NCBI GenBank assembly: GCA_040388645.1
Contig: JAZKBM010000007.1
Coordinates: 160,942 to 224,941, forward strand
Source of the DNA: Pseudomonadota bacterium
Lineage (GTDB): Bacteria > Pseudomonadota > Gammaproteobacteria > Burkholderiales > Sulfuriferulaceae
DNA length: 64,000 nt
Direction: 5' to 3'
Shown: positions 29,545-37,510 of the stretch, piece after piece
Numbering within the stretch: the stretch's first letter is position 1
How the letters are laid out: the number at the start of each line of letters is the position of its first letter
Position numbers and translations under genes: made by a program
The notes under the pieces: generated by a model
What the model was told of the DNA's origin: nothing
Databases searched by the model: none
What the model saw: the letters and a program-made list of their open reading frames with translations, nothing else

Positions 29545-30321
29545 ATGGCCAGAAGAAAATACGAAGAGGAACACGAAAATCACGAGAGATGGTTAGTGTC
29601 GTATGCCGATTTCATTACGCTGTTGTTCGCTTTTTTCGTGGTGATGTATGCGATTTCTTCTGTGAATGAAAGTAAATATCGTGTGCTGTCTGATTCGCTT
29701 GGAAATGCATTTGGTCAGACAAAAACGCAACAGACAAAACCCGTATCGCCTCCGCCAATATTGCCATTGCCAAGTAAAACCCTGATTCATAAACCGCGGG
29801 TAACTGAAGCTGTCAGACGTGAAAAAGAACAGATGACAGGTATCGCGCGTAGCATCCTGAAGGTACTTGCCCCGTTAGTTAGTGAAGGCAAGGTCAGGGT
29901 GACACAGACAGCATGGGGCGTGAGCGTGGAGATCAATGCAAGCCTGCTGTTCGCGTTGGGAGAGGCCAAGTTGACAGATGAATCCAGTCAAGCGTTAAAA
30001 GCCGTTGCGGCGGTGCTGAAAAATGATCAGCATGCAATACGCGTGGAGGGTTATACCGATGATTTGCCTATCAGTAATGTCATATTCCCTTCCAATTGGG
30101 AATTGTCAGCAATGCGGGCAAGTAGCGTAGTCAGGTTGTTTGGCGACAATGGTATTGCCGAGAACCGCTTGACAGCTGTTGGCCATGGTTCGAATGAGCC
30201 TGTCGATTCCAATGAGACGGCCACGGGCCGCGCACGCAATCGACGGGTAACGGTGACCATCCTTTCGGCACTGCCGGAAGTAGTTACAGAAGTGCCGGTC
30301 AACATAAACTCTAAAAATTAG
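29545..30321 (+). CDS. motD: Second flagellar stator, MotB-family subunit (MotD-type)
   Basis: The N-terminus WLVSYADFITLLFAFFVVMY carries the conserved Asp. The C-terminus is an OmpA-like domain (NWELSAMRASSV..., RNRRVTV). Confidence 0.8.
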   Translation: MARRKYEEEHENHERWLVSYADFITLLFAFFVVMYAISSVNESKYRVLSDSLGNAFGQTKTQQTKPVSPPPILPLPSKTLIHKPRVTEAVRREKEQMTGIARSILKVLAPLVSEGKVRVTQTAWGVSVEINASLLFALGEAKLTDESSQALKAVAAVLKNDQHAIRVEGYTDDLPISNVIFPSNWELSAMRASSVVRLFGDNGIAENRLTAVGHGSNEPVDSNETATGRARNRRVTVTILSALPEVVTEVPVNINSKN

Positions 30322-30426
30322 GCGGTTTGAAAGCGCGTTTTCTGCTGCTTCAGCTTACCTGGAGATTCGGCCGGATCACTGGCGTAACGAGTAACTGGGG
30401 TCATGCCAGTCGCATAACAATCATTT

Positions 30427-32760
30427 TCACGAAGATTGGTGTTCAATTTTTAGCTCTGGGTTATGTTCAAGCAGGCGTTCCAGCTCGTTTTGAGGGACAG
30501 GTTTGCTGAAATAATACCCCTGCACCTCATCACAGCCATATTGTTTCAGCATGGCAAGTTGTTCCGCTGTTTCCACACCTTCCGCGATGACGCTCAGGTT
30601 CAGACTCTGCCCCAGCAAAACCACTGATCTTGTTATGGAGGCATCATCGCTGTCGATGGTCATGTTGCGAATAAATGATTGGTCAATCTTGAGTTTGTTA
30701 ATGGGGAAGCGTTTCAAGTAGCTGAGCGATGAATAGCCTGTCCCGAAATCGTCAATCGAGAGATGAAGCTTCAAGGCACGCAAGTTGTTCAATGTAGTGA
30801 TGGTTTTTTCAGCATCGTGCATGGTCACGCTTTCGGTGATCTCGAGTTCCAGATAGGCCGGATTGATCCCGGTTTCCTTGATTACCGTTGCAACGAGTTC
30901 GGTGAATTCAGGATGCTGAAACTGGCGTGCGGAAATATTCACTGCCATGATCAGTCTGCTGAATCCTGCATCATGCCAAAGTTTTGCCTGCAAACAGGCA
31001 GTACGCAATACCCATTCTCCGATAGCAATAATAAGACCGGATTCTTCGGCAAGGGGAATAAATTCCGCAGGCGAACTATAGGTTTTCCCATCCCGATACC
31101 ACCGGATCAACGCTTCGACACCAAGAATTCGGTTGTTCGAGATTGCGACCTGGGGTTGATAATGTAAAGTCAACTCATTACGTTTCAGTGCTTGGCGCAG
31201 GTTATTTTCTAAAGTCAGCCAGCGTTCCGCCTGATTGTTCATGTCCTCTGTGTAACGCTGGAATACATCGCCACCCAAGGTTTTCGCACGATTGACTGCG
31301 GCCTCTGCATTTCTGATAAGGTTTTCTGAGTCACGTCCGTCTACAGGAAAAATACTGGCGCCAATGCTGAGAGTAAAAAAGAATTCCTGCGTGTTAACGT
31401 GTAATGGCTCGTGCATGCTCAGCAACAGTTTTTCTGCCAGTATTTGCAATTGATACGTACTGTCTATTTCGGGAAGCAGTAAACCAAACGTAGCACCCTC
31501 AAAACGGAATAGCATCGCGCCTTGTATCAAGTCATGATTCTCAAGCAACAAGGAATTTAACCGGACTGCGATGGTATGCAGAAGATTGTCACTCGCTTCA
31601 TAACCCTGACTTTCAAGAATTCGTTTCAGACGATCCAGACGCAACAAGGCAATTGCCAGCTTGCTATTTCCATCAGCCTGTCTGATTGCGTCCCGCAAGC
31701 GTTCGCCCAGCATGCGACGGTTCGGCAAGCCAGTCAGGTCATCGTGATAAGCCTGATGTATCAAATTTTCTTCCGCCCGTTTACGGTCACTGATGTCGGA
31801 AATGTAAATGTGGAAAATATGGAGATCAGTTAGGGCATGAACAAAGCAATTGAGCACGTGCCCATGTTTGGTATATTCAAGCGTAAAGCTTTCTTGTGTG
31901 CCGGATTTGAGTTCGGCAAGTCGCGTTTCAAAGTCATCCGGCAAAAGCTGGTTTGCATTGGGTATGCCCAGTTGGGTGAGTAAATCTGTCGTGGCGGGAT
32001 TGGAGTATGCAATTACGCCATTCCAGTTCATACGAAGTACTGGGCTGGGATTGCGTTCCGGAAACGTGGCGAGACGTCGTCTCTCGGCGCTCTCGGCGAT
32101 GTATGCGTTGACGTAATAGCCGATCAGGATGGCAATCAGGAAAATCACGATACTGAATCCGATAACCATCTGGATCATCAGTCTGGTTCTGGATTGAACC
32201 CGATTCCCGTTATTGAAGACGTGTTTCTGGTTCAGCTCGACCAGCGCATCGATGGCCGGAGAAATTTTGTTTTCTGTTTTGCTTACTTGGGCCAATATGT
32301 CGCGGGCATGATCCCAATCAATGGAAGAGGAATTAAGTGTCCGGTCAAGTTCCACTGCATATTGTGCAATCTGCTCGACCTGGGACTCGATCTGGCTGAG
32401 CAGTTTGCTACCTTCCTGATTCGTGTGGATGGTATGTAAACCTGCGTCAACTTCGCGCTGGCTGGCTTCATAATTTTTCAGGAAGATAACGCGATCTGTA
32501 GTGGCATAGTATTCATACAAAACTGGTTTTTGCGAAAAAATAGCCACACGAAGTTTGGAGATGGCATTGAGACGAGGCAGATTTTCTGCCACCAGTGAAT
32601 TGGTAGCGGCAGATACGGAGTGCCCATTGATATAAATCAGCGTGGACAATGCGAGGCCTAGCGTGAGGACTACGAGATAAACTGCAAGTATCTTTTTTGA
32701 CAGGGCTGACATCACGTACCGGTTTGGTTTTGTATTCGGGATGATCGATTGTTGATGCAA
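30427..32760 (-). CDS. Membrane sensor with periplasmic helical domain, PAS, degenerate GGDEF and EAL domains
   Basis: Two TM segments flank a periplasmic domain of about 150 aa. The GGDEF position reads FEGATFG (31486-31500). The EAL domain is intact (EALIRW, DDFGTGYSSL, EGVET). An alternative start is the ATG at 32712. Confidence 0.85.
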   Translation of the reverse strand: MHQQSIIPNTKPNRYVMSALSKKILAVYLVVLTLGLALSTLIYINGHSVSAATNSLVAENLPRLNAISKLRVAIFSQKPVLYEYYATTDRVIFLKNYEASQREVDAGLHTIHTNQEGSKLLSQIESQVEQIAQYAVELDRTLNSSSIDWDHARDILAQVSKTENKISPAIDALVELNQKHVFNNGNRVQSRTRLMIQMVIGFSIVIFLIAILIGYYVNAYIAESAERRRLATFPERNPSPVLRMNWNGVIAYSNPATTDLLTQLGIPNANQLLPDDFETRLAELKSGTQESFTLEYTKHGHVLNCFVHALTDLHIFHIYISDISDRKRAEENLIHQAYHDDLTGLPNRRMLGERLRDAIRQADGNSKLAIALLRLDRLKRILESQGYEASDNLLHTIAVRLNSLLLENHDLIQGAMLFRFEGATFGLLLPEIDSTYQLQILAEKLLLSMHEPLHVNTQEFFFTLSIGASIFPVDGRDSENLIRNAEAAVNRAKTLGGDVFQRYTEDMNNQAERWLTLENNLRQALKRNELTLHYQPQVAISNNRILGVEALIRWYRDGKTYSSPAEFIPLAEESGLIIAIGEWVLRTACLQAKLWHDAGFSRLIMAVNISARQFQHPEFTELVATVIKETGINPAYLELEITESVTMHDAEKTITTLNNLRALKLHLSIDDFGTGYSSLSYLKRFPINKLKIDQSFIRNMTIDSDDASITRSVVLLGQSLNLSVIAEGVETAEQLAMLKQYGCDEVQGYYFSKPVPQNELERLLEHNPELKIEHQSS

Positions 32761-32903
32761 GGGTCACCCGACGGGACGGATCGTTCTAATGTGTCTGGCT
32801 ACCCGGACGAAGTGTAAAGGCTGCCGATTCTCCAGTCTATCGGCAAGCGCTATTATTTCATGCATCCCTAGACGGAAATGCAACGGTTATCTCAATGTAA
32901 CCG

Positions 32904-33182
32904 CTATACGTGACGAGCAATGAATATGATGGCAACCATTGTCATCAGGGATAAACCCGATACCCAGATGAGGTGTCGGCTCTGATTTTTGGAAATCAAT
33001 GTCAGCAACAAGATAGCCAGAGAGATCAATGCGGCTGGATAAGCAACGACGACCACCGTTTTAATCAGTGTATTGGAGGTGGACAAGGTACCCAGCGAAT
33101 ACCATCCGAAACAGCCGATGCCTGGTAAAGCCACAACCAGAATCACGCCGATTAACAATCGAATCGCAGTTGATGCTTGCAT
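32904..33182 (-). CDS. Small hydrophobic membrane protein, function unknown
   Basis: 92-aa ORF with three hydrophobic segments. I recognise no family. Confidence 0.35.
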   Translation of the reverse strand: MQASTAIRLLIGVILVVALPGIGCFGWYSLGTLSTSNTLIKTVVVVAYPAALISLAILLLTLISKNQSRHLIWVSGLSLMTMVAIIFIARHV

Positions 33183-33371
33183 ACATTCCCTGTTGAGAGA
33201 GGAAGATGATTAAAATTTAATGGCTAGTTATTGAAATAGACCGGGTCTTTTTGGTCCAATTTCCGGTAAGAAATGGTTCCCCATACCAATTCATTCTGGA
33301 TGGATGTCAGCTGCAAGATATTCAGGCCCACTCCGCCCAAGAATTGGCGGAGCATGGCGAGTTACGCCCGC

Positions 33372-34040
33372 CTAGTTGATACGCTTTATTTCAATCTCTG
33401 CCACCGGATTGCGCCAGTCATGCAGGGCAGGTGTCAGACCGCCTCCGCCATGAACGCCTGAATGCACGTAAACATATCCTTCAGCCGGTGCGGGGTCATG
33501 CACATGACTCCCGCATGGGGGTCCCGGGATAAATGCACAGTTTTCCGAGTTGGCTTCGCTGCCTGCATCATAGGCATCGGCTTCAATGGTCACAGTGCCG
33601 CGTCTTGGCGCCTGTATTCCGCGTACCGCCATGAATCCATCATTGGTGGAAACCAGCATTGAAGCGACAGAAATGTCCGAAAATTTGTTTGTCGTTTCAA
33701 TTTCGATAGTCATCGAAGCGCCAGGCATGATGCCACCTGTGCCTCTTGCCGTGCGATAAACCGATGGTATTGAAGCTGCCAGACCCAGTAGCGGGGATGG
33801 ATCCCCTTCTTCTGCGAGTGTGGCCAACTCAGGGCTGGAAGGGCTCCCCAGCTTGAATAGTTTATAGTCACCATTGTGTGCAATGACGGCAGGAGGGGCA
33901 AAGATTTGCCCGCGCGTGAGATTGGTAATGGTGATCGCGTAATGGCGCATACCATCGTCATCTGAATAGGCAGCTGGCGCAGCCAGAATTGCACTGGTAG
34001 CGAGTGCAGCTAGCATGACGGACAGGGTCGGTTTTTTCAT
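33372..34040 (-). CDS. Secreted spondin_N-like domain protein
   Basis: The start is taken at MKKPTLSVMLAALATSAILAAPAAYS, a signal peptide with AAGGAGA upstream. The body (YAITITNLTRGQIFAPP...STNDGF...YDAGSE) resembles bacterial spondin_N-domain proteins as I recall them. Confidence 0.55.
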   Translation of the reverse strand: MKKPTLSVMLAALATSAILAAPAAYSDDDGMRHYAITITNLTRGQIFAPPAVIAHNGDYKLFKLGSPSSPELATLAEEGDPSPLLGLAASIPSVYRTARGTGGIMPGASMTIEIETTNKFSDISVASMLVSTNDGFMAVRGIQAPRRGTVTIEADAYDAGSEANSENCAFIPGPPCGSHVHDPAPAEGYVYVHSGVHGGGGLTPALHDWRNPVAEIEIKRIN

Positions 34041-34642
34041 GTTATCTCCTTGGTTGATGGCGGAAAAATCCACCGGGACAAACAACCTGACAGGGCGTCG
34101 AGGGCGTCGTCCATCATCAGCATGGAGTACGCAGGTCTCAAGGAGATCACGATACGGTCACGTTTTCATTCTTAACGCATATATGTGACCTGCAAACCAA
34201 AGCACCAGTTACGGATACTTTACTTACCCTGATGCATGCTGGGGTCCAAAAAATAATCACCACCACTAGGTCATGTTTTCCCATGCCAATATTATTGATA
34301 CATGTCATCCATTCGCTGGTTTGCTTATATTCCAGCTATCGGAGTTTGCTTGTTGGACGAAAAAGCACAGATAGCTTTGACAAAGGGCTGTGGATTTCTG
34401 TGAATAGCCGTTCGATAACGCTGGTGCAAATCAACGAACGCTCACCCGGCCACATCGGTGGGCTGGACTGGGAGCTTACTTATTTTATGAGCTGACTTAT
34501 CAACTATTATTTTATCCAGTGGTTGACGTTGCTACCGTTCGTTCGCTAACAGACATTCTGCCTGGCCTTCTTTATGATTATTCAGAACAAATATTCAACA
34601 GTGGATATTTAAAAAATCAGGAATAAATAAGAGGAGAGGGGA

Positions 34643-35347
34643 TTGATCAACATGCCAGAATGGCTCGTTTATCTTGCGATCATTTCGCTGGTACTCGGCA
34701 TTGCGAGCGCCTTCCTTATTGCGATTGACCTTGTGAGAGGTCATCGCCAGCAGATGTGGATTATGAACCTGGTTTGGCCAATCACCGCCCTCTATTCCGG
34801 CCCCATCGGCCTTTGGTTTTATTTTTACGTTGGACGTCTATCAAGCCAGCAAAGCGTTCAAAATGCTGAAAGGCAGGGCAAAGAAAATCCAGGAAAAATG
34901 AAGCCCTTTTACCAAACAGTTGGGCTTGCCGCCACACATTGCGGAAGTGGCTGCACGGTGGGCGATATTCTGGTGGAGACAATACTTATAGTCGTCCCGC
35001 TTACGTTATTTGGTAAACCGATTTTTGCCGCATGGGTAATTGATTATATCGCCGCGTTTGCTTTCGGTATTGCTTTTCAATACTTCACAATCCAGCCAAT
35101 GCGGCATCTGCCGCCGCGTGAAGGATTGATAGCGGCACTTAAAGCTGACGCGCTGTCATTAACAGCATGGCAAATCGGTATGTACGGCTGGATGGGTATT
35201 GTGACCTTTGGGATTTTTGACCATGAATTGCCAAAAACCGGTCCCGTATTTTGGTTCATGATGCAAATCGCAATGTTGGCAGGCTTTGCGACGAGCTATC
35301 CAATCAATTGGTGGCTGGTGAAAGCCGGTATCAAGGAAAAAATGTGA
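34643..35347 (+). CDS. DUF4396-like polytopic membrane protein
   Basis: 234 aa with about six TM segments. It contains an HCGSGC motif (34937-34954) and resembles the DUF4396 family as I recall it. GAGGAGAGGGG lies upstream. Confidence 0.55.
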   Translation: MINMPEWLVYLAIISLVLGIASAFLIAIDLVRGHRQQMWIMNLVWPITALYSGPIGLWFYFYVGRLSSQQSVQNAERQGKENPGKMKPFYQTVGLAATHCGSGCTVGDILVETILIVVPLTLFGKPIFAAWVIDYIAAFAFGIAFQYFTIQPMRHLPPREGLIAALKADALSLTAWQIGMYGWMGIVTFGIFDHELPKTGPVFWFMMQIAMLAGFATSYPINWWLVKAGIKEKM

Positions 35348-35493
35348 GTGATATTGAGGCGCTCAAATACAAATAAGGGAAGGCCAAGTGGTGTTTTCAA
35401 GTTAGATCGGGTAAATATAGATAAAAATCAGGCGAGCAAGTGGTTTGGGTGCGTCACTCAATAAATTTGATAATTAAACCGAGGAGATAAAAC

Positions 35494-35856
35494 ATGACAG
35501 CCTTGCAACAGTATGCATTGCTTCTCGGCTTGGCTGTGGGCGCTTTCGGACTGGTGGCCAGTCTGTTTTTCCTGATACGCGCTATGGGTCGCGCGCAAGT
35601 TGAAGTCGGTAAGGATGTACCGGCGACCGCAGGAAGTCTTTCCAGAGACCCGGTTTGGGTACGCTACCACGCTCATTACTATGGATACGCGTTGTTATTT
35701 CTAGCCTTTGATATGGAAATGGCTTTCATGTACCCATGGGCAGTCGTATACAAACAGGAAGGTATAGTGGCCTTGCTCGACATGGGGGTTTTCCTGGCCA
35801 TTCTTTTTCTTGGTTTGCTCTACGGCTGGAGTCAGGGTGCATTACGGAGACAGTAG
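35494..35856 (+). CDS. NuoA/ND3-like membrane subunit of a complex-I-like assembly
   Basis: 120 aa containing YYGYALLFLAFDMEMAFMYPWAVVY, which matches the NuoA signature (LFDVEVxFLYPWA). A GAGGAG RBS is present. Confidence 0.8.
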   Translation: MTALQQYALLLGLAVGAFGLVASLFFLIRAMGRAQVEVGKDVPATAGSLSRDPVWVRYHAHYYGYALLFLAFDMEMAFMYPWAVVYKQEGIVALLDMGVFLAILFLGLLYGWSQGALRRQ

Positions 35857-35857
35857 C

Positions 35858-37510
35858 GTGATCACCGGCGCACGTCAGGGTAAGCCCACTTGGCTAAACC
35901 GATTAATGGCTAGAGGCATGGCGCAAGATTTGCGTGCGATGATCGTGCCTGGAGTGGATTTGGCACGCGCACAAAATCTGGATGTCAGCGCCGCAGGCTT
36001 GCAGATTGCCGCCACGCCGCGTCATGCCAATGTACTGCTGGTGATTGGTCCGCTCTCGATAGAAATGCGGTCAGCCGCGGCTATTCTATATGCGCAGATG
36101 ATGCGTCCGCGTGCGATTTTAGCGCTCGGTAGCGGCGAACTCGCACCGTTACCGAAAGCCGACTGGCGTGCCGAGTTAAGCCAGCAGCACTTGCTCGAAG
36201 GTGTGGTTCAGCTCCGCAATGCGCTCATGGAGAGTGCTTTTCAATCCCATCCTGACGATTTCAAAGCGTCGATATTGGACGCTCACATCGAGTATACGTG
36301 TCCCATGCATCTGGAAGTTGTCCAGGATGCCCCCGGTTCCTGCCCAAAATGCGGCATGACCCTGATCCCGCGCGAAAGTGCTTCAGCTAATGAGTCCGGG
36401 CATGATCATAAGCAGCCGGATGAGGCGGACATGAAGCACGGTGACATGAAGCATGGTGACATGGATCACGGCGAGATGGACCACGGCGAGATGGGTTTCA
36501 TGTCCATGATCGAGGTTACCAAAGACCTGCCACGCAGTCCGGATGGCTTGCCGATGGACTGGTTGGACGTACCCTTTGGTCCCGTATTCCCTGGGCTGCC
36601 AGGCGGTTTGCTACTCACCCTGACGCTTGATGGGGATGCCGTTGCAAAGGTGCGTGTACAGTCGGTCGTCGGCGTAGGGGTTTCACTACCTGTAGGCGGG
36701 ATGAAAGCAGGTGAATTTGTTGAGCATTTGGCAATGCTTCATCCGCTTACCCCCATGGCCTATCGTGTGCTGGTCTGGCGCGCGCTGGAGGCAGCAAGCG
36801 GGCAGACCATGGATGTGGAAGTGTTGTATTGGCGCATGGCGGCGTTAGAGCGTGAACGCATTGCCAGTCATCTGGGCTGGCTGGCAATGCTGGGTTGGCA
36901 GATTGGCTTTGCGTGGCTAGAACGCCGTGCGGGAAAGATGCAACTCGAATGCCTGCGCGCGGAACTGCCGCAAATTATGTGCATGCGCCCAGATGTAGAA
37001 GCGCTGGTGGCTCGTTTGGCCCATACACCGTTCCTGCATTCCCGGCTTTCCGGTGTAGGAGTTATTGCACCCAACCCCGGCTTGCGAGGGCCGATAGCGC
37101 GGGCTACGGGTATGTGCTCTGATTTCCGCTTGACCGATGACACGTATCAATCTCTGAAATTTGAAGTAATGAATCGGAAAGGCGGGGACGCACTAGCGCG
37201 GTTACACATTCGACTCGATGAAATGTTGCAAAGCTTCGCACTTATCGAATCCGCAGGCGTTCTGAAAGAATCCGAATTTGTTGTTGCCAACACAAACACA
37301 GGAGAAGGTCACGCCAATGTCGAAACGCCGCGCGGTGAAGCCAGTCTGCATCTGACGTTGGAAAACGGCAGGGTGATGCAGGCGCATCTGGATACACCTT
37401 CAACTTTTCACTTGAGTCTGCTGCCCCAACTGCTTGCCCAGCAAGAGCTGGGAGATGCGCTCACGACCGTGTGTTCCCTTGATTTATCGCCGTGGGAGAT
37501 CGTGGCATGA
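35858..37510 (+). CDS. NuoB-like :: heavy-metal-binding domain :: His/Met-rich repeat :: NuoD-like fusion protein
   Basis: The start is GTG 35858, with GGAG 8 nt upstream, 1 nt after the nuoA-like stop. The NuoB-like segment reads ATPRHANVLLVIGPLS...ILALGSGE and contains no Cys. The metal-binding domain YTCPMHLEVVQDAPGSCPKCGMTL spans 36293-36376. The repeat reads DMKHGDMKHGDMDHGEMDHGEM. The NuoD-like segments are PFGPVFPGLPGGLLLTLTLDGDAV and ETPRGEASLHLTLENGRVMQAHLDTPSTFHL. Confidence 0.75.
   Translation: MITGARQGKPTWLNRLMARGMAQDLRAMIVPGVDLARAQNLDVSAAGLQIAATPRHANVLLVIGPLSIEMRSAAAILYAQMMRPRAILALGSGELAPLPKADWRAELSQQHLLEGVVQLRNALMESAFQSHPDDFKASILDAHIEYTCPMHLEVVQDAPGSCPKCGMTLIPRESASANESGHDHKQPDEADMKHGDMKHGDMDHGEMDHGEMGFMSMIEVTKDLPRSPDGLPMDWLDVPFGPVFPGLPGGLLLTLTLDGDAVAKVRVQSVVGVGVSLPVGGMKAGEFVEHLAMLHPLTPMAYRVLVWRALEAASGQTMDVEVLYWRMAALERERIASHLGWLAMLGWQIGFAWLERRAGKMQLECLRAELPQIMCMRPDVEALVARLAHTPFLHSRLSGVGVIAPNPGLRGPIARATGMCSDFRLTDDTYQSLKFEVMNRKGGDALARLHIRLDEMLQSFALIESAGVLKESEFVVANTNTGEGHANVETPRGEASLHLTLENGRVMQAHLDTPSTFHLSLLPQLLAQQELGDALTTVCSLDLSPWEIVA
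36428..36502 (+). repeat. Tandem 15-bp coding repeat (four full copies plus one decayed copy) encoding (D/E)M(K/D)HG
   Basis: The units are gacatgaagcacggt, gacatgaagcatggt, gacatggatcacggc and gagatggaccacggc, followed by the decayed unit gagatgggtttcatg. They lie in frame inside the B/D fusion ORF. Confidence 0.85.

Noticed and set aside
34232-34495. 87-aa ORF in the 557-bp intergenic region between the spondin_N-like and DUF4396-like genes
   Set aside because: It has no RBS and no recognisable fold or family, and it sits in a region that more probably holds divergent promoters. Kept only as a note.
34520-34533. TGGTTGACGTTGCT upstream of the DUF4396-like gene, considered as a sigma-54 promoter
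   Set aside because: The GG-to-GC spacing is two bases too short for a -24/-12 promoter.
35810-35857. Upstream extension of the B/D fusion ORF, overlapping the nuoA-like gene by 47 nt
   Set aside because: GTG 35858 with GGAG 8 nt upstream, placed 1 nt after the nuoA-like stop, is the more plausible start. The extension has no homology.
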